Below are positions 42,803 to 57,145 of a stretch of 64,000 nucleotides of DNA, piece by piece. The stretch lies in NCBI RefSeq assembly GCF_009914755.1, contig NC_060932.1. The stretch is one strand, 5' to 3'. Position numbers and translations under genes: made by a program. This DNA comes from the human T2T-CHM13v2.0 reference genome, Homo sapiens. The notes under the pieces are model-generated. The model searched no databases. It was given only the letters and a program-made list of their open reading frames with translations, and had not been told where the DNA came from. The first letter of the stretch is position 1. Each line of letters opens with the position of its first letter.

Positions 42803-43499
42803 CGGTGCAGGCTCCTGGAGTCCTCAGTGGTGAGCTCTGGAGTTGCTCTGTTCCCTTTTTAATTTTTGTTTACTTTTTGGCTGTTTTTTCTTTTTCTTTT
42901 TTTCAATGTAAAGTGTCTCTGTAAGGCCTGAGAATGAATCTGACTGGATCAGCCCAGAGACCAAGTGAGAGCCCCCAAAACTGGGGCTTACTTTCTTGTT
43001 CCGCCCCTCTGGGATATTGGGCAGATCTCCATAGCATCCCTGTCCCCATCTGTAAAGTGACAGGATTGAACTCAGTCCTAAAATGTCCTGGCGTGGTTCT
43101 AAGACAGAATCCCCAAAACGCTCTTTTTCAAAGCCTGAAAGGCTTGGGTCAGGCAGGCATCCCGGCAATACCAACACCTACCACGCGAGGGCGCGCTGCC
43201 CTTCCGGCGCCTGCAGATGGGATTTTTTTTTTTTTTTTTTTTTTTTGACCACTTGTTCTGAAGCTGGGCACTGGGCTAAGGACAGGAGCAGCTGGGGTCA
43301 CCGCAGGGGAGAGCCAGGGGGCCCAGGTTACCAAAGCTTCTGGCCTGAATCTCTTGGCACTGATTACAGTGCCTCATTCGTCTCTGCCCTGCACAGGGTA
43401 CCATTCACGCCGGGGGTGCGGAAATGAATTAAGTTCAGACTGAATCAGCAGGGATATTTATTGAGGCATTGTCAGGCATCTGCTCTTATTTGGGAACAG

Positions 43500-43534
43500 G
43501 GACAGGCCAGCAGCACAGACAACGCTGTGGATAA
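43500..43534 (+). CDS. SPAG11: SPAG11 distal alternative terminal exon (isoform H-type tail)
   Basis: gggaacag|GG ACA GGC... gives (G)TGQQHRQRCG* when spliced from exon 2 (82 aa). AATAAA at 43769-43774. Matches my recollection of a minor EP2 isoform. Confidence 0.7.
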
Positions 43535-45430
43535 GGAGAGTAGAGACTTCCTCTTCCTGCCTCCTGTCTTCTGGAGTTGTGACCGCAGGGTGGCCCAGGT
43601 GGATCGGCTTCAGAGGCCAGGAGGCAGCTCTCTGCAGCCGAAGAGCAGGAGCCTCACCCACGGTCTGTGGCTCTGACTAAGCCTGGACTGCCTCTCGGCT
43701 GTGCTCCGTGGACTGGCTCCCCAGGGATCCATGTGAGAGACCGGAGTATGATCCTCAGTGCGAGGACAAATAAAAGTAGTGATTATGTCCACCCCATCCT
43801 GCCCTCCGTCCAGATCTGTTTTCAACTTGAGGATTCATCTGCCTTGTCCTTGCTAAGACACCTTCAGCCTGTGGTCAGGGGAAGCTGGGAAGAGGTGCTG
43901 GGAGACCCAGGACATCGCAAGTTGCTTCTCTGGCTGGCACTCAGAGGTGCGTGAACCCTCTGCCAACCCTAAGAGGGGCAGGAGGGTGCCTGGTGATGGG
44001 CCGGAGCTCCAGCCAGCCAGCAGGGGCAGAAGGACTAGGCCTGGTCCAATGGGGGCCCAGGATGTTTTTCTTGGCAAATCCTCATACTTTTCACGTAGCT
44101 CTTTCTTCTGAGATAAGTGTGATCATCTCCACTGTATCTCTAAGGAATCAGCTTCCTGAGATGACACAGTAACCAGGAATGACAGAGCTGTTCCCTCCTA
44201 GTACTCAAATTGGCTCAAATTTCAACCCCACTCTGAAGCTTTCCTGGCCCTCTCCCCGCATTCCTGCCTGGCATTATCAATTGCTCTACGTCTCTGCCCC
44301 TCAGACACTTCGGTGCATCCTATCATAGGGTCTTGTCACTCTGTTGCCATCATTTATTTACATATTTATAGTCCTCCCACTAGACCTTGAGCTCCTCAAG
44401 GACAGGGCCTGGTACATAAATACTCATATTTACATCTTTAGTAACCAGTGAAGAACAATAAATATGAAATAGAGGAAGGAATGAGTGAATTAACCTAAGC
44501 CTCAAACACTGGTCTTCTTCAGTGCACCACTACTGTCCTTTTTAATCCAAGCACTGGGGCAGATTTCACCAGGGGATGCTGGGAAACCCCACTGTGATCG
44601 CGGCCACATCCTAGTCACAGCCTGAAGCCCGCATCCTTGTCTTATCTCTCACAATCCCCTGGTTTCACCGCCTTCTTCCTCTCCTCATTCCAACCACTCC
44701 CCGTCCCATTGGGGTACTCATCTCTACAATCCGGTCAGAAGGTGGGGCGAAGCCTTTATTAGCTCTCCTTTATTATAGGGCCTCACAACAGAACTTGTAA
44801 CCCCTTCATTTTCAGGGGCTTAACACTTACCCCACGGGAGGCGGCAGAGCTAACAGGGAGGCTCGACGTGTTGGGGCTGGAGAAGTGAAAAGTCCCCTGG
44901 CCCCTGAGTCTCCACACTGAGCATCTGCCTCTGACAGCATGACATGTGCACCTTCTGTCCCTCCCTCATGGAATCATAGACAGAAAAGGGACCCAGGATG
45001 TCACTAAATTGAAGCCATGCCCCAATGAGCCTCATGGCATCCTGGAAAAAGCCCTGAACTAGGAATGAAAATGCCTGCGTCCTTGTCCTATGTCTGCCGT
45101 CCTTGACCTCACTGAGCTTTGGCCCTTCCTTGATAATTTGAACACACGTTGTTTGCTCTTTGATTTTGAAAACAAAGATTACATGAAATTCCTATGAACC
45201 ATACAGTATTGGGACTGTACAGGTGATTCATTTTATTAACTAATAATTGAATCTTCTTGATTCAAATAAGATACAGCAAATGTGATTTGAGATAGTTGTC
45301 AACCTGGAAAGAATACATATTGCATTTTAACATCATACAGGTGGAGTAATTTAGTGACTAAAACACACACATGCAGATACATGTATAATTTACACATAGT
45401 GTCTCACTATGCAATTATAGCCAGAATGGA

Positions 45431-45729
45431 TTTTTTTTTTTTTTTTTTAGACTGAGTCTCACTCCATCACCCAGGCTGGAGTGCAGTGGTGCAATCTTGG
45501 CTCACCGCAACCTCCGCCTCCCAGGTTCAAGGGATACTCCTGCCTCAACCTTCCCAAATAGCTGGAATTACAGATGTGCACACCTGAACCTGGCTAGTTT
45601 TTATATTTTTAGTAGAGACGGGGTTTCACCATGTTGGCCAGCTGGTCTCAAACTCCTGACCTCAGGTGATCCACCCTCCTTGGCCTCCCAAAGTGCTGGG
45701 ATTACAGGCATCACCCACCGCGACCGGCC
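45431..45729 (-). mobile_element. Alu (AluS-like)
   Basis: Reverse-complement Alu. TSD AGAATGGATTTTT at 45423-45435 and 45731-45743. Confidence 0.95.
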
Positions 45730-48438
45730 TAGAATGGATTTTTAAACCACCCATGCATGAGCCAATCTCCCACACAAGCTCAAAGTCTAAACCTTTTAGA
45801 GTTGGTCTGGGCTCTTCAGATCAAGGCAGTCAGGTTTGTCTTGCCACCTCTTGGAACACTTGATGCAAATAATCGTCACAGAAAGGTGAGGCTCTTGTCC
45901 TGCCACCCATCTCCGAAGGTGATTTATTATCACCAAATCCCACCCCCATGACAATCCTTGCTGGGCGATATGAGCAGGTCCATCCCACCGAAACTCCTCC
46001 AAGCCCCTATCCTTCCTCACATGAGGCAGAGACGGGCAGCATAGCTCTCCCAGGCTGATTATCAACCAACTGAAAATGGCTGTCTGTTAACCTACTGCAA
46101 CAATAAAGGGATAAGATGGATTTTTAACAAAACAAAGAAGAAAACCTTTCAAAATCCTACTCTTGCAGTACCATAGGCTATGTGCTTTAACAATAACACT
46201 GCAATACCTCAGAATACTAAAATTCCTCTTTTGGAATTGCCTTCCACATACCCCTCTATGCACACAAATAATGTCATCTGTTCGGAATGAATTAAGAAAT
46301 TCACCCAAAATTATAAAAGCAATTCACCCAGGGTCCTCGGCTTCCTCCCTCACTCTGCAGAGAAGCAAGGGTCCGCCACACTCAGAAGACCATAAATGGC
46401 ATCTCTAAAATCCTGATGGTCCTCGGGATGGCAGGATGCCAGAGGTTCAAGCTGTTTCCAGGATTCCTCCCCATGGGATGCCACGGGTGTGTTAGATCAC
46501 CTGCAGGTTGTTCTACAGGTGACTCCACTGGAAGCTTAGTCACAGGTCTCGCCTGCAGGGAAACATGTGCCTGTCCTGACTAAATCTGAGAATGCACACA
46601 AAGGAGTAGCCCACCCTATAGACAGGCTAGCAAGGGCTTCGTGGTCACTGTGGTTACCCAGAGGGAGGCCCCTGGGATGGGACACAAGCACCGGCACAGA
46701 CAAGGCCCAGGCAGATGCAGAGCTCAGACCAGATCTGTCCAGCATACAGGTATAGAAGAACTCTGTTGCTAAACTCCCAGGGGCCCAAGCACCTCCTGCA
46801 GGTAGACCTAGCAACACCACCTCTCCCAGCTCGTTGGAGCTTACTGAATGCTTTCTCCACTCCAGCTTCTGTGCCGAGCACCGCCCATGCATTGATCCCA
46901 GGTCATCTATGGAGTGGCATGAATATGCCTACACTGTAGATGAGATACTTAAGACTCAGAAATGTGAACTCACTTACCCAGAGCCACACAGCCAGGAGCC
47001 AGCAGACTTTTACCATGTCTATTTTAAGGTTCAAGAGGCATGTCTGCATGAAGCAAGTTAATGGTGGAAACTGATGGGCCCCCAACCTGGTGCACTTTCC
47101 CTTATGCCACATGGTTCCTATGCCGTAGAATATAGGAGACATGCTGTTCACCCACAACGTCACTTCTAGCTCTCCCTCTCTTAATAAATAGTGCTTGTGA
47201 CAATCACTGTGGTCATAACAAGGATAACAGAAGACCATGCATTAAGAATTGCTTTTTATGTTTTACACTTGATCTGCAATGAAGTGGTTATTATTACTTG
47301 GACATGAAGAAGTGGAAACTCACCCAAGTTAAGAAACTTGCCCAAGAGCACACAGCTGGTAAAGTGGAAGAAAGGGGCGGAGTCTCCTATTCTCACTGTG
47401 CTGGGAATGTGTGAAAGGAGTTGGGGTTTCTGCCAAATGCATGTGTTCCTGGATTTGGGCAGGGTGGAAAATGACTTGTGAGCTTTGCTCCATGCCACTC
47501 TGGGAAGCCATCTCAAGGTATTTCACAGCTCACCTCAAGACTAAGAGATAAGGGACCCCTGCCCTGTCTCAGGAGAAGGAAGCAGACAGGAGCCTGGCAA
47601 GATGGTCCTGGAAGGAGGGAGATTTGTGTCTGTCCCAGCAGTGGGTATTGGGAGAAGCCGGTGGATGATTTTACACTCAAAAGTCTCCATCCCTTTGATC
47701 CATGTTAGCATAGCAGGCTTCTCCTCCTGTCATTTGAACTTCCAAGGAGAGGTTTGAATCCACTGTTCATATTTCCCACTCAAAAATATAAATGGAACTA
47801 GAGGCACAGTTCCATGCCTCTAGACACTGGCTTAAGCCTGTTGTCAGGCCTTGAATTGCCAGCTTCTCGTGTCCTGGGACTCCAATGCAGGGCTGCAGGG
47901 AGAGAGAAGGGTCAGGCTCAGACATGAGACCCATCACTACAGGAGGCTCCCCTGGTCCCCGAGTGGGTCTGCATGGTGCAGAAAAGCAAGAGAGAAGCAT
48001 AAATTCAATGTAGCAGAGCGAACTGGCTTCCTTCCTATGGTAGGATCCTGGGTACAGCATGGAAACTGAAAATGACAAGTGGGAAAGACTCGATGAGCAA
48101 GCACAGGGAGGCCAGCAGAGAGCAAAGCCAGGTCCCAGGCCCTGGGCATGGATTCAGCCACCGGTTTTGGTCTAAAAGCAAGACGGAGACATCCAAACCA
48201 AAGCCAGGTGGCCCGTAAAGGGGCGATGGGCACCAGACAGGAAGGAGGTCAAGAGCCTCCCTGACGCTGAGCCTGGTGCTCCCAGGCCTCCCTAGGTACC
48301 AGGCTGACTGTCTTGAAGCCTAGTCTGACCCCCGCATTGACTGCCTAAACCCCATCACAAGCTGCTCACTGTCCTCCTGGTTAGCCCCAAACTTCCCAAT
48401 AGGGTCCCCAAGACCCCTTGTACAGAAGCCCCCGCTAA

Positions 48439-48691
<253 letters not shown>

Positions 48692-51629
48692 CCAAGGTAT
48701 TTTAAATTCCTGAACTCACATGCTTTTTATTTTCCAGTTTTGTACCCTCTGGTTCCTACACCTGGGGCATTGCTCACATTTTCCCCTGTTCACCCTTTAG
48801 CTTGCAGCTCTGACTACACTTTCTCCGGGAAGCTGACACTCAGGCCCGAATGTGGCTGGCTGCCGCTCCTGTGACTCCTCCACTGCTGGGCCCACCTGGA
48901 GCTGGAGTCTGTCACCATGCAACTGCCTCCTGTGTCTGCTGTCCTCTACAGACTCCTGTGCCACCCAGAGCCTGTGACCTGTGCACCATTTATTTTCCTG
49001 AATATTTAGCTCGATGCCTATGTTTGTGGAAAGAAGGAGGAAACGGAGGGAGGAATGAAAGTGGGAGGAAGGAAGGAAGAAATGAAGGAAGGAAGTTAAG
49101 AACTAGCCCAGTGGCTGGCACCCGGAAGAGTGACAGATCAGCCCCACCAGAATGTGGGGAGAGTCAAAGGGACTCTGTCCTCCCTTCCTGCCTCCCAGTT
49201 GACTCAGCGCCTAGATCCTGGGTAGGGGAGCCCATGGAGGGAAGCATCAGCTGCCAGGCCGGGTAGAGGGGCAGCAATGGGGGGACCAGGTGACAAAGAG
49301 ACTCTCAGCCTCTCTGTAGGATTGACCAGGCATGTGGTAGTGCCTGGAAGTGGGGAAAGTTGCTACAGCTGAAGAAGTCTTGGAAGGCAGCATTTCGGCA
49401 TCATTGTGCTTCTCCATCCTTCTTCCTCTAAAGGGGGGTGTCTTTCTATCCAATTCCTCCCACAAGACTCACGTGTCCTCCTCCAGCTGAGGAAAGCCTG
49501 GCAGACTCTAGCATGACTGGGAGTAAAGGTGGCTGGGCAATCTCAGCACCAGGAATGCACATTCACACCACGAGACAGGGCAAAGGCTAGGTCCCTTCCC
49601 GGCAGGGGGATGCGCCAGCCTCGGGCTTCCTGGAATTCTCATCTGCCTGACCAGCTGATGGCAGAGTCACGGTGACTCAGGACTGAATATTCAGCTGCGA
49701 TGTTCGATGCTAGGTGTGGTGCACGTCACAGGTGAGCAAAACCAAAGGAACTGGAAAAGCTTCACATTTGAGTTTACCATTGTCACTGAGTTGTTTTACA
49801 GGGAGGAGCCTGAGGTGCAGACGGTATCAGCTACAGGCCAGGTTGTGTCTCTAAGCCAGATGAGTGTCCTCATCCTTAAGGAGTCATCTTCCTCTAATCC
49901 TCTGGTTCTCATCCCCATCTCAGCTGCTTTTGAAAATTAAATATTATGCCAAGGCACCTCCTGCAGTGATGTGACTTCCTTGTCTGGGGTGGATCTTTAG
50001 CTGTTATTATTAAGATACCTCATTGTGTTCATTCTGCATCCAGAGCTCAGAACCATTGCTTGAAGTACAGAGTTGTGGTTCTTCCTGAACAAAGTGTTTC
50101 TGGGTCCTCCTATGTGTTGTGAGCGTTGCCTGGAACCGAGGCCCTGCTGGGGGTCATGGTCTTCTGCTGTGGTCACCTCCATGTAAAAGATGATGCCCTC
50201 TCTCCAGGAGCACACAGGAGGGTTGCAGTGGACCACAGTCACCCTCCCCTGACCAAAAGTTCCCTCAAACTCCCTTACACTTTTGTACGAGACCTATGCA
50301 GTACAAACAGAACATTTTATCAAAGTTTCTGGAGATTTCATCAAAGAAGGGCAACAAATTAAAGTCTGGAAAATTAATGCTTTTCCCAGATTCCAAAAGG
50401 GAAGTTTCTTTGCTTAGGTCCTTTAAAAGGCCAGTGGGCTCTTACGTGTTCCAGCCTCAGTCTCTTGACCCCAAGTTGTCCTCCTCCTTCATTCACCCTC
50501 CTTCTCTCCTTCACTGCTTGGGAGTGCAGTCTTGCTTCACTGCTCTCCTTCACTCCCTCCCTCCCACCTGCCAGCAGTGAGGACACCACTTGATTGTTCC
50601 AGCACCTCTTTCCCTTCGCTTAAACAGGCTGGAGCAGTCACTGAGAAAAGCAGCAGGAATATCATGGGTATCTAGTGACACCCAAGCTCCAGAGAACATT
50701 AAGCCTGAGGGGCTGAGTTCTCTAAAATGCCTTGTCTACTGGGTACTGGTCGAACCCTCAGGCTGTCTCCATGCATGCCCACCAGGGTGAGTGCAAACAA
50801 ACTTATTTCTTAGCTCATGAACCTGTTAGATAGAACATCTGTACAACTCCCCAGGACAAATGTTAGGTTCTGAGGACAGTACAGTCTCAACCCCAAGTGA
50901 AGAAAGAAATATTTCCCTGATTACTGAGATGCTTCTCACTTCCCCAAGAGCTAGGATCTCATTGTTCACCAAAGTAGCATTTGATTTCTTTCCTGCTCCA
51001 CCTCATGCCTTCTTGGATCATTAAGGTACACTGTCACCCTCTTTTTGTATCTCAGGAGGTGTTGAACCTGGATTCTTCAAGTTAGGATCAAATTAAATAT
51101 GTTTTTTCTTCCTGGAAAAAAGGAAAAAAAGGTAAGAAGAAGTTGGAACCTTGAAAAAAGAACAAATAGATTGCAGGGTAGGGAAAGAAACAGCTACCTC
51201 ATTTATTTGGCTGAGTAGCCTTTATGGAAATAAAAATAGAGAAAAAGACTTCCTTTTCAAAGAAGCTGTCCCCAGGAAATGGAGAAATGCCAAAAACCAC
51301 CTCTGTGCACATGCTTGTATCAGAGAGGAATAGAGAACAGGAGGGTACTGATTTCCACTCCTATAATCTTCCGTCTCCAAAAACTAGATAAAGAGATTTC
51401 AATGTGTTTTTGAGAAAAACTAAAACACATTTTTGGTTTGCCATTGCACAGAATGGCATGAGGAACTCATAGCATGACTTAAAGAAGATGCCCAGTTTTG
51501 AGATTGAATTAATGGGCAACTGCTCAAAGATGTGATATTCTTAAATATACTCTGAGATCTGAAGTTAACAAAGAGAAAAAAAATAGTGCATTGATTTTAT
51601 AAGCAAAGGAACTACAAACACTAAAGAAA

Positions 51630-52300
51630 AACAATTAACAACATGACAATAGTAAGTCATTACCTATCACTTTGAATGTAAATGGATTAAATTTTCTAAT
51701 CAAAACATGTAAAGTGGTTGAATGTATCAAAAAGCAAGGTCCAACTATATGCTGTCTACAAGAGACTCACTTTAGCTAGAAGGACTCACACAGGCTGAAA
51801 GTAAAGGGATGGGAAAAATATTCCATGGAAGTGGTAACCAAAAAGAGCAAGAGTGGCTGTTCCTACATCAGATAAAAGAGACTTTAAGTCAAAAGCTGTA
51901 ACAAGAGACAAATAAAGTTATTATATAATGATAAAGTGGTCAATTCATCAAGAAAATAAAACAATTATAAATATATAAAGCAAAGATTTAGAGAACTGAA
52001 AGGAGTAACAGCAATTCAGTAATATCAGAGATTTCAACACCCCACTTTCAACATTGGATAGGTCATCTAGAAAGAAACACAACAAAGAAACAGTGGACTT
52101 GAACAACACTAAAGACCAAATGGACCTGACAGACATATCCTGAACATTCTATTCAACAGAAGAATACACGTTCTTCTCAAGGGCACGTAGAATATTTTCC
52201 AGAGTAGATAACATGTGAGGCCACAAAACAAGTTAATAAATTTAAGAAGATTAACATCATATGAAGTATGTTTTACCAACCACAATGGTGTGAAACTAGA
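51630..52300 (+). mobile_element. Decayed L1 ORF2 endonuclease-domain fragment
   Basis: Encodes TLNVNGLN (from 51668) and CCLQETH (51750-51770), the L1 APE motifs, with stops and frameshifts. Confidence 0.9.
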
Positions 52301-52710
52301 AATGTGTGTGTGTATGTAGAAGTGTGTGTCTTTTTCTGTAAAGAGGGAGGGATAAGATGTATTCTAGATGTGAGGAAGAGAGAGAAGAACATAAGAGCTC
52401 TAATGTTCTAATGTAAGAATATGCGGCTCTGATCTGGGATTTCCCTGAAGTTTGTGTGAGCGGGACTTGTGGATCTAGATGTTATGACATCACAGAACTT
52501 CGCAAAGGCCATATTGAAATAAAAATTGGCCAGTGTCCTGGACCCAAGATACAAGCAGATGGTAAAAGAACATAATTTCTCTGTTTTAGGGAAGATCTCA
52601 AAATAAGCATCATTCAAGTGGTTCTCCAAAGACCATCAGAGCCAGGCCAGTGAGAGATAGTAAGGAATTGGGTACTACAGTGCATTGGAGCACTCATATT
52701 CTATGTAAGG

Positions 52711-53235
52711 AAGCTGTCCCCAACCTTTTTGGCACCAGGGACTAGCTTTGTAGAAGACAATTTTTCCATGGACCAAGGTGGGGGAGATGGTTTTGGAATG
52801 ATTCAAGTGCATTACATTTATTGTGCACTTTATTTCTATTATTACATTGTAACATACAGTGAAATAATTATACAACTTATCATAGTGTAGAATCAGTGGG
52901 AGCCCTGAGCTTGTTTTCCTGCAACTAAAGAGCTCTATCTGGGGGTGATAGGAGAGAGTGACAGATCATCAGGCATTAGATTCTTATAAGAAACATGCAA
53001 CCTAGATCCCTGGCACGCACAGTTCACAATAGGGTTTGCAGTCCTATGAGAATCTAATGCTGCCACTTATCTTACAGGAGGTGGGGCTCAGGTGGTAATG
53101 CAAGTGATGAGGAGCAGCTTTAAATACAGATGAAGCTTCGCTCACTTGCCTGTCACCCACCTCATGCTGTGTGGCACGGTTCCTAACAGTCCAGGGACGG
53201 GTACTGGTCCATGGCCCAGAGGTTGGGGACCTGTG
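52711..53235. mobile_element. MER1A-like hAT DNA transposon
   Basis: TIRs aagctgtccccaacc / ggttggggacctgtg; ~525 bp; 8-bp TSD ATGTAAGG / ATGTAACG. Confidence 0.9.
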
Positions 53236-53664
53236 ATGTAACGGGACAAGAGATTTTTGGATAAATCTCAGTGTTACATGTAGAAACGTGGGCCCTGGTG
53301 GTTTAATCATTGAATTTTTCTGAGGAAGTCAGAAAACTGAATTTTTATGCAAAATTTTTAGTGTTTTAAATGTTGACACCTAATATCAAAATACTTCGAT
53401 GGACTATATTTTACTCATGGGCTTCCAATTCAAGACTCTGGTTTAGATGCAGGAATCAGCTTGACAATTCAATGAACCATGAAGACTTAGACCTGTAATG
53501 ACCTCAGAAATCCATGATTCCTTTCCCTTTTGTAGGCAGAATAAAAAATGGAAGGGCTAGACTTGGTCAACAGTTAGTCTAAATTTACATAGCAAATTTG
53601 TAAAAAAACTGGGACTGAAACATAGGTCTCTAAATCTCTTCCATTCTTTGCACTATACCTCACT

Positions 53665-54275
53665 ATATTAGTTATCCATTGCTGCATAACAAATTATCCC
53701 AAAACTTAGTGGATGAAGACGAGAAACATTGTTATCTCACACATTCTGTGGATTGTAGAAACTAGGCATGGCCCAGCTGGGTGCTTCTAGATCAAGCTCA
53801 GTCATGAAGTCGCAGTTAAGCTGTCAGCCAGGGCTGCATTTGTATCTGAAGCCTACACAGGGAAGGATCTACTTCCATAAACTCACTCACATGGTTATTG
53901 GAGGGAGTTAGTTCCCTGTGGGCTGGTATATTAAGAGCCTTAGTGACTGACTAGCTGTTGGCCAGAGAAGCCCCTCAGTTCATTGCCTTGTAGGTCTCTC
54001 CATAGGGCGACTCAAAACATGGCAGCAGGCTTCCACAAGAGCAAGAAGAGTGAGAAGGCATCCAAAACTGAACCCACAGCCTTTTTATAGCGTACTCTCA
54101 TGACTTCTGAGATTAGGTTATAATCTATTGCTTCATAGACTTATAATCTATTTATTAGAAATGAGTGAATGAGGCCAGCTCATAATCAAAAGGAGTGGCT
54201 TACACCAGAGCATGAATCACAGCATTTCACAAAGACAGGAATCCTTGGCAGCAATCGTAGAGGCTGCCTGCCACA
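53665..54275 (-). mobile_element. MLT1-family MaLR LTR
   Basis: tattagttatccattgctgcataacaaattatcccaaaacttagtgg... ending gaggctgcctgccaca. Confidence 0.75.
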
Positions 54276-54298
54276 CTCAGTGTCTCATAAATTTATGC

Positions 54299-54522
54299 CA
54301 GGGGTCAGAAAACTATGGACTGCTGGCTAAATCCAGTTGCCACCCAGTTTTATAAATAAATTTTTATTGGAACAAAGCCATGGCCATTTGTTTATGTATT
54401 GTTTATGACTGCTTCTGTACTATAGCTGCAGAATTAAGTAGTTGCAACAGAAGCCACATGGCCAGCAATGCCTAGAAATATCTACTGTCTAGCCCTTTAC
54501 AGAAAAGGTTTGCTGGCCCCTA
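54299..54522. mobile_element. MER58A-like hAT MITE
   Basis: caggggtcagaaaact...aaaggtttgctggcccct; ~224 bp; TSD ATTTATGC / ATATATGC. Confidence 0.85.
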
Positions 54523-54847
54523 ATATATGCAATCATAAAACCTCTTGAAAAATATGGAAGAGGAGATTGAGTCAGAGATGTCAAATTCATCATTTTATTG
54601 AATTTTTCTTGGTGCTCTAGCACCATAAATACCATGCTATGTAATTTTATAAGGCAGTTAGCTGGAAATTCTCAAAACAGGAGTAGCCCTGTGGTCTGAG
54701 CCAAGTGGGTGAGGTGTGGCTTCCATTCCCCAAGCCCTCTCTCATTTATTCTCCACCATATATAATCATTTACCTTTCCACTGGGAAACCCCACACCAAA
54801 AACCTTTGACAGAAACATGGATATAAAATATAACTACAATAACCTGA

Positions 54848-55243
<396 letters not shown>

Positions 55244-56852
55244 CTCCTTATCCTTAAGTAAAAATTCTGATACCTACTTTATGCCTTTTTTTGTCAGAGA
55301 AATGCATTAAAGCACCATTGCCATGCCAGGTACGTAATAACAGCTCCATAGATACTAGCCACCATGTGCAAATCATTTAATAGTCATCCATGGCCTATTA
55401 CCACATCAGTCAATAGGCTCATTTCAATTACCAGTTCTGAAGAAAGGATAGTGGCAGACGACCTGTTTTAACAAAAAGTCCCCTGGGTCACACCTTTTGC
55501 CTTGGATGCATCACTTCCCCACCTCAGCTGCCAGCCCATTGATGAGTTGAGCTCATGATTGCTTTGTAAGAGCCACCTGTCCCCTAAAAGTCCTCCCTGA
55601 GGAAGCAGCCATCAGAACTGTGTAGGCTGGTGGCCAGAGGTAGTATAGGGTGTGTTTTTACTGGGACAGGGCCATGATTAAATAGAAAGAACCCGGTTGG
55701 AGTTACCCAGTGTAAACAGAAGGTGAGGTAGTATTATGCACTTCATTCTATTTGTGGTGAAAATATTGCTGCCAAATGGGTAGAAAAATGTCTTTAGGGT
55801 AGCTTTATATGAATTTCTCATACACTTATCCCCTCCTTGATTTTGCCTATAGGAATTAGGAGAGTCAGTCCCCATCTTGTCAGGCATGATTTTAGAAACT
55901 CTGGGAAAGGCATGCAACCCCACATCACTGCTAAGCCTGTAAATTCCTAAACTAGTTTGAGCCTGTTTTAAAAAGATGCCATATGTTAAGCCTGGCTCTC
56001 TCTCCATAGCATGTCTCCCTCAGTGCCTGCTGGCATCACCACTTTAATTCTAATTGATGGGACCGCCACCTACCCTGTCCCCTGAACAGTATCCCTAGGC
56101 TGCCTCCTCTCTTAATTGCTTCTCTCATGCTCAACCATTGTATTAACTCTTGATTGCTTCTTCTAGATGGCTCTGGCACTCAGGTCTGCCTCTTTCTCCC
56201 ACTGGCATCCGAAACACAGCAGACCTGAGTTCAGCTCTTGGTCTTCTGGCCTTCAGTCTCATAAGCCTCTGCTCCACCCTCCATATCATATCTGCACCAA
56301 AGCACGATACCAGCATTCCCTAAAGGCAAGGGTTACTGGGGGCCATTGCAGTGGCTGCCTGCCACACTCAGTATCTCACGAATTTATTTATGTTTTGTTA
56401 AACCATAAGTGTGTTCAGATTGTTCTCATGTTGTAAATCATTTGTTGTCTTTGCATTAGCTGCTACTGTTCTCTCCCTATTTCCTTGCTCTTCTGGAAGT
56501 ATTTCTTCTTTGTGATATTCATCCTGAGCATCCTAGGAGATACTCTAGGATTTGAAAATAATTCTTATTATCTAAAGGGTGAAAGCAACATAGGACTTGA
56601 GTATGTACTTTCTCATTAATATAAGGACATAAATGAAAAGACACCATCTATTAAAGATAATAAGAAATGTTCACAAATAGTATATGGCATTCATTATGGA
56701 AGTTGGTAGAAGCTCCAAGTGTCATGCAAAATGTGCTCTGCAGAACTGCAGAGGAGGGAGGGATCTCTTTCAACTGGGGTGATTGTGATCATGAGGAACT
56801 GGTATTTGAGTTGGTCCCTGAAAATTATGCAAACCACTTTGTAGAAAGAATT

Positions 56853-57145
<293 letters not shown>

